Shown here piece by piece: positions 13,229 to 26,165 of a DNA stretch of 64,000 bases. Every line of letters starts with the position of its first letter. Within the stretch, counting starts at the first letter, position 1. The translations under genes and the position numbers were made by a program. Origin of the DNA: Octopus bimaculoides (Eukaryota); contig NC_068984.1 in assembly GCF_001194135.2 (NCBI RefSeq), positions 122,836,921 through 122,900,920 on the forward strand. The letters are read 5' to 3'. A model generated the notes under the pieces. It saw only the letters and a program-made list of their open reading frames with translations, was not told where the DNA came from and searched no databases.

Positions 13229-13872
13229 ACTCTATTGTTCAGTGTGTTATTTTTAATATGTCAAATGACTATGTAGTAGTTCCCTCATTATGAAGTAAAG
13301 GGGAAATGGCTGTGTGTAAGGTATTGGATTACCTATTATGTGTGAGATCAAATCTGCTGTGGATATTTCATTTTAATTCTGAGCAAAACACTTTTTTTCT
13401 ATATCACCTCAATTTACCTAACTATAATGAAATCGTAGCGGATTAAAAGATACCACATCATCTGGCAATGTTACTTATGATTGGCTGGTGTTTTTACTGT
13501 AGAAGAGATGTATCTTTCATCACTGTATCTTTGGAGGGTGAACCATATTCAGTACAATCTCCTTTCACTTAGCTGTCAGAAGGAATGGATCCAGATCATC
13601 TTGGAAGACTAGTCATGATAGACTGATGTCATATCCAGAGAGAGATTTATCTACTTTTAGCTTCTTACTAGATCACTAGTGGTAAACACTGTTACTTAAA
13701 AGTCTGAGAATTTGGAGAAATTTACATTTTTAAATTGTGTCTGTGTGACTATGAACGTCTATGATTTTGCAACAATAATTGTCTTGTGGGTACCATTTTG
13801 TGTTTATCATCCCTACACATCTTACAATCTCCTCTTTAACCATCTTGCTTACCAAGTCTTTTTATTCTACAG

Positions 13873-13971
13873 AGTGGTTTCACACCATTACACATCGCTG
13901 CACATTATGGCAATGTCAACGTTGGTACTCTACTTATTCAAAAGGGTGCAGACGTCAACTACAAAGCTAAG
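13873..13971 (+). CDS. ANK2: Ankyrin exon, repeat 7 ([33 protein letters not shown])
   Basis: ctacag|...|gtaagt, 99 nt, phase 0. Confidence 0.97.
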
Positions 13972-14092
13972 GTAAGTTAACTTACATCTCACTCTCATTT
14001 CAACTTTTATTCATTTAGATCAGTGCTTCTCAAAGTGAGCATTACTGTTCTGTGAGGGCAGTATAAAATTTAATATAGTTGCTGAAGTCCAA

Positions 14093-14260
14093 TCGTGGCT
14101 ATGTGGTTAAGAAGTTTACCTCCCAACCACATGGTTTCAGATTCAATATCACTGCATAACACTACGAGTTAATGTCTTCTTCTTCTATAGCCCCTTGCCA
14201 ACCAAAGACTTGTGAGTGAATTTAGTAGACAGTAACTGCAAGAAACACATCATATATGTG
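14093..14260 (+). mobile_element. tRNA-derived SINE, second family (ggctatgtggttaagaag...cccaaccacatgg)
   Basis: Related copies at ~22505-22640(-), ~40470-40650(+), ~51830-52200(-), 60130-60290(-). Confidence 0.7.
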
Positions 14261-14759
14261 TGTGTTTGTGTCTCCTTGTACCAATATCACACACAGCAGT
14301 GTCCTATATTTCCACCTTTCTATGAAAACATGTCTGGCCTTGGGGAAATGTTACCTTGCTTGGAAGCAGGTAAGAGTTGTTAATAGGAAGGGGATCTAGC
14401 CATAGAAAATCTACCCCAGTGAATTCCACTGGATCCATACAACCATGGAAAAGTGGACATTAAAATTATTACAAATGAGGACAAAAAAGTGGTCGGGGGG
14501 GGGGGGGCAATAGAAAAGTCATTTAATTTTCGAAAATAGTTTCCATTTTCATCTAATGTAGAAATCATCTGGTAATATTAGTGGTCAAAATGATTTGACA
14601 TGTTGTCTTTTAAGGATGATCAACCTTTCAGCAGCTGTTCAAGGTGCATTTAATTTTGTTGGCTTATAGTAAAGCGAGCTTTAAAGAAAGGGAACAATAA
14701 GTAAAAGAAAGTCTGAGAAGCACTGATTTAGATTTTATTAGCAACTATAAATATTTGCA

Positions 14760-14801
<42 letters not shown>

Positions 14802-15409
14802 CTAAAGTATTATTTGCTGTGATACTGTAAGCTCAAACTGTGCTACAAGATAGTGGCACACTGCACTACTTAACTAAGTCTCACACCCAGCTTCAGTATA
14901 GCCAAGTGGTTTGAGTAATTGAGGTTAAAAAAAAGTATCCAGTTTCAAGAATTTGTGACAATGAAAATTAATTCATTTGAAAATACATAGATTTTACAGA
15001 AAAACTAATGCTAACAAAATATTGCAAAATAATAATAGCAGAAGATAAGTCAATGATAACTAGCACTGAAACCTGTCAGAATCAGTACTCTACCGTTATC
15101 AATGTTTGATCTCCATTGGTAGACCAACCTTTCAACACTAGTTGATCTGTTCATGCTCATAGACCAGACATTGTTACAAAAGCTTTGCAACTGAAGATGT
15201 TGATAATGTAAAGTAAGAAAGCCCTGGAAGGTCCCAGATAATTGAAGCCTTCTGTAAATATAAAAGGAGTCAAGCGTACCCATTAAAGAATTTGGTGGAA
15301 AACCTAATTCTGTTCTCCTTGGCTCTTGGTCATCTTAATCAGTTATAAGTGATAATATTAAAATAGTGATTTCTAACTATTTATGTCTCTCTCTTTTTTC
15401 ATATTACAG

Positions 15410-15508
15410 AACAACATCACCCCTCTACATGTGGCATCTCGCTGGGGTAAGTCAAATATGGTCATTCTTCTCTTAGACCACGACGCCACCATTGAAGAAA
15501 GAACTCGG
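15410..15508 (+). CDS. ANK2: Ankyrin exon, repeat 8 (NNITPLHVASRWGKSNMVILLLDHDATIEERTR)
   Basis: ttacag|...|gtaaat, 99 nt. Confidence 0.95.
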
Positions 15509-15943
15509 GTAAATATCAGTCTTTGCATTGTAACTTTTATTTGTGTGTTTCTGTGAGTATATGCTTATCTTCAAGTGTATGCACACATATTTGTGTGCAT
15601 GCTTGAGTATATTATTGTAAGTGCTTAAATATATGTACCTGTGTGAGTGTATATATGTATGTATGTGTGTATGTGTATACATACATACACACAGACTACA
15701 ATTCAGATAACACACATCTTTGTCCAAACACACTCACACAATAACACTGTAATACCACATATATGCATATACATCACAAACCCATTTAGCCACACTTTTT
15801 ATTGTTCACATTCATACACACAGCCACACTTTTCTACTGATTATTTGTACATTCACATATTCACACCCGCACACACATTCCTCTTGCATAATTTATTGTT
15901 TGCTGTTAATTACATTCATGTTTCTTGTTTATCAATTCTTCAG

Positions 15944-16042
15944 GATGGATTAACACCGCTGCATTGCGCAGCCAGGAGTGGCCATGAGAATGTAGTTGAC
16001 CTGCTCTTAGAGAGAGGCGCACCGTTTTCCGCAAAAACAAAG
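15944..16042 (+). CDS. ANK2: Ankyrin exon, repeat 9 ([33 protein letters not shown])
   Basis: ttcag|...|gtcagt, 99 nt. Confidence 0.97.
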
Positions 16043-17002
16043 GTCAGTACATTAAACTTGCCATCCATTTTCCTTTATGTACTTGGGAGTTTCTCCAGTC
16101 TTAGTAGTAAATATTGATACTACATCATTGGGTGTAGGTTTAAAGTGGCTGAGTTATCAGTGTTATTGAGCCCCTAGATGGCTGTGATCCTGCAGACCTG
16201 TGATCAAAAGCATTCCAGCCATGACAAAAGGAACTACATTGACCAATGTTCCTTTTCATTTTTAAGATGGTAGAGTGTGATTTGAGAGAAATATAGCTGT
16301 TATTTCTGGTAGTTCACATGACTGCATAGATATTCTCTCATTGACTGATGGATTGTCAGCTTTTTGTGACAACTTCAGTTTTCAAATTAGCTTTGCATAG
16401 CATGTGCATTGATTCAAACCTACACAAACTACCTTGGCTTTTATCATTCTCTGAAGGTGATAATAATTCAGTTTGTTTATTCAATGTTTGCTGTGTACAC
16501 CAGGACTCGAAAGTTCTTTTGTATTTTCTCTTGTCAGTTGGCATACTGACAGTGACAACAATCAGTTGAAATACTGGGTGCAAGCTTAAGATCTTCCAAA
16601 GCCTGTAACAGATCTTATTGGATGTTTTTTTTTCTTTTTCCTGCAAGAGGGAATGAGATTTGAACTCAGAACCAAAAGAGTTGCTACAAAGCATCATGTC
16701 CAATGCTCTGACATTTCCCCACCCTGAACTGGAATTTTATTTATCAACTCTGAAAGAATGGAAAGCAAAGTTGACCTAAGCAGGATTTTAAACTCAAATT
16801 ACAAAGAGCCATAACAGACAGCACAAAGCATTTTATCTGATGCTCTACCAATTCTGCCAATTCAACACCAATACTAGTAATAAGACTGTGTACTAGTGTG
16901 TAAATACTTGTGTGTATATAATTTGTATATGTATATCTGCCTATTTGATATCTGTCTTCTTTTCTCCCTTGTTTTCCACCTATCACCACCATCTACCAAC
17001 AG

Positions 17003-17101
17003 AATGGTCTTACGCCTCTACATATGGCAGCCCAAGGAGACCACGTTGACTGTGCACGCTTACTTCTGTACCACAAAGCTCTTGTCGATGATGTAACTGT
17101 G
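17003..17101 (+). CDS. ANK2: Ankyrin exon, repeat 10 ([33 protein letters not shown])
   Basis: aacag|...|gtaagt, 99 nt. Confidence 0.97.
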
Positions 17102-17724
17102 GTAAGTAATACTTCCTGTTTATCTATATATTCTTGTTCTTTTAACTTCAGACTGTAACTTTCCAATTATGCTTTCTGATTGGGAATACATGGTAAAATG
17201 GTTGACCCAATGATCACATAGGGTCATGGTATCAAACTCTACTATCGCTGTGTCAGGCACAGTACTTATGTTTGCTTCAGTTGGTCCAACAACAGGTATT
17301 AAACCTGCTTCACAATTGAGAGATTAATGATTGAAAAGGTGTCTAGTTATGAAAAATGAAAAGAATTTCTGCAGCTAGACAATTCTAGAATAATTTCTTT
17401 TACTGTTGATGGATATTCATTCTTACCAGTAAACATTGAACTGTGACAGGGGGGTATGGAGCCTCTTTTTCATTCATTTTGGCAAACTGGAGCCAGTAAT
17501 GTGTCTTGGTCAAATGTATACTTTTAGGTATTATGCATGTGAGAGAGAGAGTGAAAGAAGGAAACACATTCTTGTTCCTCTTTTAGTGTTGGAAATGAGA
17601 CTCAGGATTGATTTTTATGATTGATTTAGTCATAAAAGGTGGTTGATGAGGTTTATCTGGGTTGGAAATTCTCTCTGTGAATTGCATGTTAGTGCATACA
17701 AACACACCAAAAAGTATTCAATAC

Positions 17725-18000
17725 AAAACATAGGCTAATGTATATATACAACCTGATGAACCAAAAGGTGAAATTCAGCATTTGTCTTAGCAAGGTTTTT
17801 GCGCTTATTAAATTTTATGGATGTATGTATGTGTGTGGGTGTATGTAATGTATATAAGTACTGTATGTATAAACATAGACATAGTAATGTATATATACTG
17901 CCTGATGAACCAAAAGGTGACATTCAGGAGTTCTAGTAATAAAATTTCAGCTTCTATTAAATTTTATGTATGTGTATATATGCTTGTAATGTGTGTGTAG
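17725..18000 (+). repeat. Tandem duplication (period 149 bp), each unit with a hammerhead-like core
   Basis: cctgatgaaccaaaaggtga(a/c)attcag with cores at 17753 and 17902; shared aatgtatatatac upstream and tattaaattttatg downstream. Confidence 0.8.
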
Positions 18001-18106
18001 ACTTATACACAATCACTCTATAGACACCATTGAATCGTTGTTTTACAAGCTTTATTTCTTTGTTCATTTTGAATATGTTTTATCTGTCTTGCTCTCCACC
18101 TTTTAG

Positions 18107-18205
18107 GATTATTTAACTCCTCTACATGTTGCTGCCCATTGTGGAAATGTCAAAACAGCCAAGCTGTTATTGGACAGGAAAAGTGACCCAAATGCAAGAG
18201 CCCTG
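18107..18205 (+). CDS. ANK2: Ankyrin exon, repeat 11 ([33 protein letters not shown])
   Basis: ttttag|...|gtgagt, 99 nt. Confidence 0.97.
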
Positions 18206-18312
18206 GTGAGTGACACATCAGTATATTGGTTTCGGTAACTGTTTGCAATGTGATCGATAATTGAGGCAGATTGTGTGGTGGCAGACATGTCAAACTAATA
18301 TTCTTTTCTACT

Positions 18313-18520
18313 CTAGGCACAAGGCCTGAAATTTGGGCAGGCGGGGGATGGGGAGGGGCAGTCGATTAGACTGACCCCAGTACACAACTGGTACTTTATT
18401 TTTCGACACTGAAAGGCAAAGCCGATCTTGGTGGAATTTGAACTCAGAATGTAAAGACAGACGAAATACCACTAAGCATTTCACCTGGCGTGCTAACTTT
18501 TCTGCCTGCTTGCCGCCTTA
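18313..18520 (-). mobile_element. SINE, third and most abundant family (core ctttgcctttcatcc...gataaaataagtaccag)
   Basis: More than 10 recognisable copies, e.g. 31755-31965(+), 35783-35990(+), 37830-37975(+), 38480-38660(+), 39990-40235(-), 61640-62060(-). Confidence 0.8.
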
Positions 18521-18652
18521 TGTCAAACTAATATTATTACCAATCATCTATACTCTTACCTTAGAATGTTGTTATAAGCCTTATACTAAATAATAATTAT
18601 TTAGATCTTCTGCATTAGGATCAAGTTGGGGTTAACATTTCCTGCTGCCACT

Positions 18653-18875
18653 TTAACCTTTTTGATACCAATCTGCCCATAACCATCCCCGGTTCTATGA
18701 TACAAACCTCTTGTTTAAAGTGATCTAAATTAAAATGTTCCATCAAAATTTCATGTTAATTTATGTTCCAAATACCAGCTTAATAATGACAGTTATTTTA
18801 CTAAATTCTTATATTTTAAAATTACTTGAAACAAGTATTGTTATTTCAACAGAAATATAGTAATAAAAGGATTAA
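18653..18875. mobile_element. piggyBac-type MITE (TTAA-CCTTT...AAAGG-A-TTAA)
   Basis: TTAA at both ends; homologous copies in the opposite orientation at 24505-24734, ~42900-43130 and 52958-53174. Confidence 0.7.
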
Positions 18876-19362
18876 CTTGAGTTTGTGGCTACATTAGAAA
18901 TATCTGCTTATTGTAAGGTTATGGCAATCGTTACAGAGTTAGCGATGAGCTCTTATCTGATTTTTGCTTTCTAGTTAAAGCCAATCCAAGTCATTTGCTG
19001 GTACTTTTTGGTAAAGGCATGAACATCACACATAGTGTTAGCAGAAAATAATTTAGTGTTTAGTTTCTTCCTTTTGTATGCTGTACTGTATAGTCAAAAA
19101 TTTGATGGTTACTCTTATTAACAACCTTCATTAGAGAACAGACAAAATCAACTGAAAACTGGACAGTTCTGCCTGGGAACCTCATAAGTAATCTTCCTTT
19201 AAAAATGTTATTGATTTGATTCATATTACTGAACATTGATTTGTTTTTATGTCGTAGTTTTCCAGTTTGTTGAGCATTTGCATATTGTGTATTTTGTGTG
19301 TGTGTGTGTGTGTTTGTATATGTATTTATATATACTCAAGCCATATATTTTCCTTTCCACAG

Positions 19363-19461
19363 AATGGTTTCACCCCATTACACATCGCATGCAAAAAAAA
19401 CCGCATAAAGGTGGTGGAACTGCTTCTCAAATATGATGCCTCTATTGAAGCTACTACTGAG
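19363..19461 (+). CDS. ANK2: Ankyrin exon, repeat 12 ([33 protein letters not shown])
   Basis: ccacag|...|gtaagg, 99 nt. Confidence 0.97.
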
Positions 19462-19765
19462 GTAAGGCTTACATACTATCTTCATTATCGTTCTCATCGT
19501 CATCATCATATAGTTATCAGTACCAGAATCATAACCACATTTATTGCCATTGTCATCATGATTGTTATGAGAACCTTTACATTTATTATCATTGACCTTC
19601 CCATTGCAGTTTGTATGTTAACTTACCATCATATCCAGTATTATGATCATCATCTTTATCATTACCATAGCAACCATCATCATCATTGCCATTATAATCA
19701 CCACCACCACCACCATCGACATGTCTGCCAGTGAATTCACTGATGTTGTTTCTTCTCTTTTACAG

Positions 19766-19963
19766 TCTGGACTCACCCCATTGCATGTTGCATCCTTCAT
19801 GGGTCACATGAATATAAGCATCTACCTGATCCAACATAATGCCAACCCAGACTACCCAACCGTTCGAGGGGAAACTGCTCTCCATCTTGCTGCCAGAGCC
19901 AACCAGACTGACATCATTCGCATACTTCTGCGAAACGGAGCCACCGTTGATGCTAAAGCCAGA
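19766..19963 (+). CDS. ANK2: Ankyrin exon, repeats 13-14 ([14 protein letters not shown]...RGETALHLAARANQ...DAKAR)
   Basis: ttacag|...|gtaagt, 198 nt. Confidence 0.97.
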
Positions 19964-21983
19964 GTAAGTAGTTAATCTTTTACTTTCTGGCATGCCAACT
20001 CTCTAATCTTATGTTTTCCACATTGTCTTGATTCTCTGGCCAGTACTAAACAAAGAATGACATGATCTCAAGAATTTCAATTCCTTTATTCCGTTATTTT
20101 TTTTTTTAATGTATACATTTTCTACTTCACTTTCTTATCCTTCTCCACTTCCTCCCTCTTCAGGCTTTCTTTTTTCTTTATTTCATTTTACTTTCTTATT
20201 AACGAAGGATTTACTTAAACTACATTTAGTTTCCTGTAATTTGGTCCAGTGGCTCTGAAGCTGATCTGTTGTTTTTTTTTTAGTTTTTTTTTTTACTTCT
20301 CATCTAATTAATCAAATAATATTCAATCTATTTCAAAGAATCTCAAAATAGATGCAGCTATAACTGTATATTACAGTTGACTTGATTGGTTGAAAGGATT
20401 TTTTTATTTTTTTATTAACATTATTAATTAATTGAAAGCTGAAGAAATTCAGAGAAGTTAAAAATAGACCCTGCTACATATAAAGACTTCACAGTTGACT
20501 GACTGAAAAAATTTTATGTGTTTGTGTACATGTGTGTGTGTGTGTGTGTGTGTNNNNNNNNNNNNNNNNNNNNNNNNNNNNNNNNNNNNNNNTATACATA
20601 CATATGCATACATACATACATATATACATACATACATATGCATACATACATATATATATACACATACACACTCACACACAGACAGAATAGATAGATATTA
20701 AAAAAAAAAAGAAAAACAAAATGCTGAAGTTCATAGCAAAGTTTATAGCTGTTGAAAATAGATGCTACAACACGTAAAACTTCAGTTGTCTGGCAAATGA
20801 GTTTAATAGAAATGCAAGATCTTTTCATGGGAAAATACTTCTAAAGTTCCTAATGGAAATTTTATGGAATCCTCTTGTTTGTACATAAATTTGAATAGTA
20901 AAGAACTGATGTCTCAAAAGGTTATTTTATATTATGTAGTCTGAAAGAAGGAGCATTACCCATGGCCTTCACAGATGCTCTGAGACCTGTGAAGGTGATA
21001 AATTAATGTTTGTTTCTTCTTGAATAACTGCAAGTTGATAATTGCAGGGAAACTATAGGCAAGAAGGGTATTCTAGAATGAAGATATTCTGTGAAGAAAG
21101 GACTAAGAATAGTGGTTTTGGTGCTGGGTCTGGACATGAAAGAGGAGAAATTAAGTGAATTAAGAGGGTCTGTGTGGTGATGACACCAGACTAGACTGCT
21201 CTAAGGAGCACCGTCACTGAAGAAGGAATAGAAAAGGCAAAGCAAGTGAAGTAAACTAGATTTGTTTTGGAGATGTTTTTTTTTAGTTTGTCACTCAATA
21301 AAGCTGTGACTTGGGACAAATCAGGTTGATTATGAGGGGTGGCAGGGTAGCAGCAGAAATGATAGACTACCAAAGAAAATATGTATCAAAGTACTTTTTT
21401 TTTAAAATGTTCTAATTTTCAAATTTTACCAGAACTGATTTTATCTTATCTTTCTGGTGTTGATAAAATAAGTGGACTGTAGTCTACAGGAAAAAGTGTG
21501 AGGGTGAGGAGGAAGACTGCAGTGGGTGCATCACTGGGAAAGGAAGAACTAGGAAAGTATTTAGTGATGCAGATAAGCAGTTCTGAAGAACAGAAGTCAT
21601 TGCGGTAATGATAGAAAAGAACCAGAGGTTATACCATGTTAGTAAGCACATTGCTGCTTGTTTTAGATATGATTTGGCATATTTGCAAGTTTATTGGAGC
21701 AGCACCATCTCAGATATGTGAGGAATACTCCAATGAAGATCATACATAAGTTATGAAGTTCAGCATTAATTTGTGACTCTGAAGAAGGATCCTACTTTTT
21801 GAGATGCAGTTTTGGTAATGGATGTAAAAAGAGTAAAATAAAAACAAAAATCTGCAAATAAAATGATATTGGTAGTTTGATTCAAGAACAGACAACAAAT
21901 AGCTTCAGACATGGGTCTGTTGTATCATCTCCACCACCACCATCACCACCATCTGTAATACATGATTTGTCTGTCTGTTTCAG

Positions 21984-22181
21984 GAACAACAAACACCACT
22001 TCACATTGCCGCACGTCTGGGTAATGTAGACAATGTCGTTCTACTTCTACAACATGGTGCCAGTCCAAATGCAACAACAAAAGATCTATACACACCACTG
22101 CACATTGCTGCTAAAGAAGGACATGAAGAAGTGGCTGCAGCTCTTCTAGATCAGGGAGCTGATCACAGCCTCACCACCAAA
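21984..22181 (+). CDS. ANK2: Ankyrin exon, repeats 15-16 ([13 protein letters not shown]...[14 protein letters not shown]...LTTK)
   Basis: ttcag|...|gtacgt, 198 nt. Confidence 0.96.
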
Positions 22182-22234
22182 GTACGTATGCCTTATCTCT
22201 TTCTCTTTCTCCCTCTCTCTATCTATCTATCTAT

Positions 22235-22273
<39 letters not shown>

Positions 22274-22353
22274 TTTTAAACTTTCTCTAACCTTGTTCTC
22301 TTACATNNNNNNNNNNNNNNNNNNNNNNNNNNNNNNNNNNNNNNNNNNNNNNN

Positions 22354-22393
<40 letters not shown>

Positions 22394-22764
22394 TTTTAAA
22401 CTTTCTCTAACCTTGTTCTCTTACATTTTATATGTCTGAATATTTCTTTCTCTGTATATATATGTGTGTGTGTGTATATACACGCACACACATGAACTTC
22501 ATATTGTTTCTGTATACTAAATTCACTTATAAAGAATTGGTCGTCATAAAGCTGAAGTTGAAGACACTTGCCCAAGGTGCCATGCAGTGTGACTGATCCT
22601 GAAACCATGTGATTGAGAAGCCAACTTCTTAGTCACTATATAATCATGCCTGCTCTTATGCATGCGTGTGTCTGCGTCACGACATTTTGTGAATTTTGTT
22701 TCAAAAATACCTCAAGTTTCACACCTTTCTTATTATTTTCCTCTCTCTCTCTCTCTATTTGCAG

Positions 22765-22962
22765 AAGGGATTCACTCCACTGCACATTGCAGCCAAATAC
22801 GGAAACATCAAAGTCGCTCGCCTGCTATTACTGAAAAATGCTGAACCTGATGTGCAGGGCAAGAATGGACTAACACCTCTTCACGTTGCCACTCACTACA
22901 ATCATGTGAACGTAGCTCTTCTCCTGCTTGACAATAAAGCTTCACCTCAAGCCATGGCTAAG
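22765..22962 (+). CDS. ANK2: Ankyrin exon, repeats 17-18 ([13 protein letters not shown]...[13 protein letters not shown]...AMAK)
   Basis: ttgcag|...|gtacct, 198 nt. Confidence 0.96.
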
Positions 22963-23070
22963 GTACCTAGTAGTTGTTTTGTTTGTAACTCTGTCCCCAT
23001 TTCTGTGACTGATATTCCTCTGAACTAGTTTTCTGATTTGCTATTTCGAATATATATATTTGTGTGTGTA

Positions 23071-23330
23071 GGCACATGACGTAGTTGCTAGGGTGTTGGA
23101 CTCATGATCATAAGATTGTGATTTCAATTCCTAGACTAGACAATGCATTGTGTTCTTGAGCAAAGCACTTCATTTCACATCACTCCAGTCCACTCCAACT
23201 GGCAAAAATGAGTAATCATGTGATGGAACTGGCATCCGTTCAGAAGAGAAGATTTATTCCATAGAATCCAGGAAACTGAACTTCTGAGCACATGGCTTGA
23301 GAAGGACCTTTGATCCTTTGTGTGTGTGTG
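23071..23330 (+). mobile_element. tRNA-derived SINE copy
   Basis: Head similar to 1664; tgtgttcttgagcaaagcactt central motif. Confidence 0.65.
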
Positions 23331-24364
23331 TGTTTGTGCGTGCGTGTGTGTAATATAATATTTTGTATGTGTTGTTCTAGCTTTACAATTAAAGAGAATG
23401 GTCACATCATATATATTATCACCATTTAATATCCACTTTCCATGCTGTCATGCTTTCATAGACTGGTACTTGTGTGTGTCATTTGCCTTTGTTTCTGTGG
23501 CTGGGTGCTCTTTTTATCATCAACCACTTTACAGTGCCCTGGGTGCATTTTTTCATGGCACCCATGCTGGAGAAGTTGATGAGTCCTTGATGAGACTGGT
23601 ATTAAAGAAACCTCACAACATTATGCTTTTTCTTCTCATTTGTCAACCACTTTACTGTGAGCACAGGATGCATTTCTTTCATGGCACCAGCACAACAGAA
23701 GGAAGTACCTTATATATAGTAATTTAAGGCCTGTAAACCAAGGATGGAAATATATCTGCATCATCATCATTTAACATGCACTTTCCATGCTGGCATAGGT
23801 TGGATGGTTTGACCACAGTTGACCACCAGGCTCCATTGTCTGTTATTTACTTGGTTTCTACAGCTGGATGCCCTTCCTAATGCCAACCACTCTACAGCAT
23901 TCTGAGTGCTTTTTATGTGGCACCAGCATCAGTGCTTTTAATGTGGCCACATACACACACACATTCTAACTGTTGGTTTAGTTTTGGAGGTCACTGTTAA
24001 CATCTGGTCAGTTGGGCTGCTACAAGTGACAGCCACCCTACCTGGTTGGCCCACGTTGGTGTTACTGGATTAATGTGGTTTGACAGTGACAAACTCCAGT
24101 TAATATATCTACCAGTGATTGCCTTAAGTCAGTATTGCTTACAATGCTAAATCTTAGATCTCTTTAGTCAGCAATAATAATCATATGTAGTTTGACAACA
24201 AATAGTAACCTCTAGTCAGTTTGATCTTCAGTAGTCACCTAGATCTAATTTGGCCTCCAGTTGTAACATCAAGTCAGTTTGGCCATCAGTAGTTTCTTTG
24301 TTAGTAATGCCCTTCTGTTAACTGTTACATTATCAGTTTGTAATTCCATAATTTCTATTTACAG

Positions 24365-24463
24365 AATGGCTATTCACCACTCCATATTGCTGCTAAGAAA
24401 AATCAAATGGACATTGCTACAACTTTACTGGAGTTTGGAGCCAACCCAGCTGCCGGGTCAAAG
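24365..24463 (+). CDS. ANK2: Ankyrin exon, repeat 19 ([33 protein letters not shown])
   Basis: ttacag|...|gtaagt, 99 nt. Confidence 0.97.
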
Positions 24464-24829
24464 GTAAGTTTGTATCCTCTTTGTAAGAAGTGAATATTGG
24501 ATCATTAACCTTTTTGCTACCATATTTCTATCAAAATATACTGCCTTTGTTTCAATAAATTTTAGAAATGTTGAAGAATTTAGTAAAATAACTTTGACGT
24601 TATTTAGCTGGAGTTTAAATCTAAATTAGCGTGAAATTTTGAGGGAAGGTTTTCATTTAGATCATTTTAAGCCAAAATGTTTGTAGTATAGAAACAGGGG
24701 TCAGTCTCAGGAGTGTTGGTATCAGAAGGGCTAAAGTGTGTTGGTTTGATAGTGGAGGACCAGTTATATGTCTACATTATATATAAATTAACCTAATCCA
24801 TTGACATAGTAATTCTAGGTTATCAATAG

Positions 24830-25110
24830 CTCTGTGTCACAATGATGCCTGGTTACCAATATTCGTGTCACAGCAGTGCCAAGAAGACAATACTAATGCT
24901 TCTGTGTCACAACACTGTCAAGACAACAACAATATCAGCATATTATTAGCTGTGTGTCACATTCAGTTGCAGGATGATTATAATAATTCTGTGTCACTGC
25001 AGTGTTAAGACAGTTCCAGTACTTCTATCACAGCAGTGTAAAGACAATACAAATAATTCTGTCGCATTGGTGCCTGTACAACATTTAATAGTTTTATGAC
25101 AGCTGTGCCA
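24830..25110. repeat. Degenerate minisatellite (~35-45 bp units, core tgtgtcac...cagtg..aagacaa)
   Basis: About 7 recurrences of (c)tgtgtcac or variants. Confidence 0.55.
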
Positions 25111-25223
25111 GGTTTTCATTCAGTAAAGTTATATCCCTCTCCCATGCATTTTAAGCTGTTATAAAATTAGTAATAGTTATTGTAGTTTCATCATTATTTA
25201 TGTTTCTTCTCTGTCTCTAACAG

Positions 25224-25322
25224 AACGGCTTCACACCTCTCCACCTTGCCTCACAAGAGGGTCACACTGATATGGTCTCCTTGTTACTGGAACACAAAGC
25301 AAATGTTAATGATAAAGCAACC
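25224..25322 (+). CDS. ANK2: Ankyrin exon, repeat 20 ([33 protein letters not shown])
   Basis: taacag|...|gtaagt, 99 nt. Confidence 0.97.
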
Positions 25323-25385
25323 GTAAGTATTGAAACTCTTGTTGATGTCTCCTCTCTTCATGCATGTGTGCATGCAGACACACAG

Positions 25386-25420
<35 letters not shown>

Positions 25421-25920
25421 ATATATATAATATTGTAGGACACTTGTATTGTTGGATTTCATCTTACATACACACACATTTATATATATAATGTATTTCA
25501 CTTACAATGTGGTATCTTTTTTGCTAACCCTTACCTGCCTTTTCAAGGAAAGACCCTCTCGTTCCACACTGTTTTGAAGGCATGAGGTAAGTAGATGATG
25601 CGTTAACAGGAGAACTGATAACATCACTGTTCATAGCTGTTTTGCACTGCAATGACAGGTGTGCAGCATCTGCAATGCCTGGCAGGAGTTTACTCTGGAG
25701 CATTTAAATGATTTCAATCATCTCCTGTATCTGCTGCTGCAGAATTGACTGGTGCTATACAGCAGTAACAAACGCATACATATTGTCAAGTAGATATATA
25801 CACTCACATGATAGAAACACACGATACAAACACACACACATACACATTTTCTTTCCCTTCTATACCCATATACTGTATCAAACCTGTATTCTGTAATATA
25901 TTTTGCATTTTCCTTTTCAG

Positions 25921-26019
25921 AATGGACTGGCACCTATTCACCTGGCTGCCCAAGAAGATAAAGTTAATGTGGCTGAAGTCTTGGTTAAATTTGGCTCGGA
26001 GATTGACCCTCAAACAAAG
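25921..26019 (+). CDS. ANK2: Ankyrin exon, repeat 21 (NGLAPIHLAAQEDKVNVAEVLVKFGSEIDPQTK)
   Basis: tttcag|...|gtatgc, 99 nt. Confidence 0.96.
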
Positions 26020-26165
26020 GTATGCAAAATGACTGATTATTTACCTGTGTAAAGATTCTGCCTTCATAATATTTGTTCTAATAATGATTGCTCTTAGTAT
26101 TCTGATATTTGAATGTTGACTTTTGAGCAATAACGATCATGATGAATTCCATATGTCTGTATGTA

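Noticed and set aside
19462-19765. His/Ile-rich in-frame extensions around the repeat 12 and 13 exons
   Set aside because: (CAT/CAC)n simple repeat; the intron is 304 nt and not frame-preserving
21000-21850. Purine-rich coding-like stretch (also 27060-27420)
   Set aside because: No sustained ORF or recognisable motif; probably ancient retroelement debris that I cannot classify by eye
22270-22426. Exact ~36-bp duplication either side of an N gap
   Set aside because: Most likely a contig-overlap assembly artefact
24830-25110. Repeat-spacer-like array resembling CRISPR
   Set aside because: Eukaryotic intron, degenerate units, similar 'spacers' and no cas genes; an ordinary minisatellite
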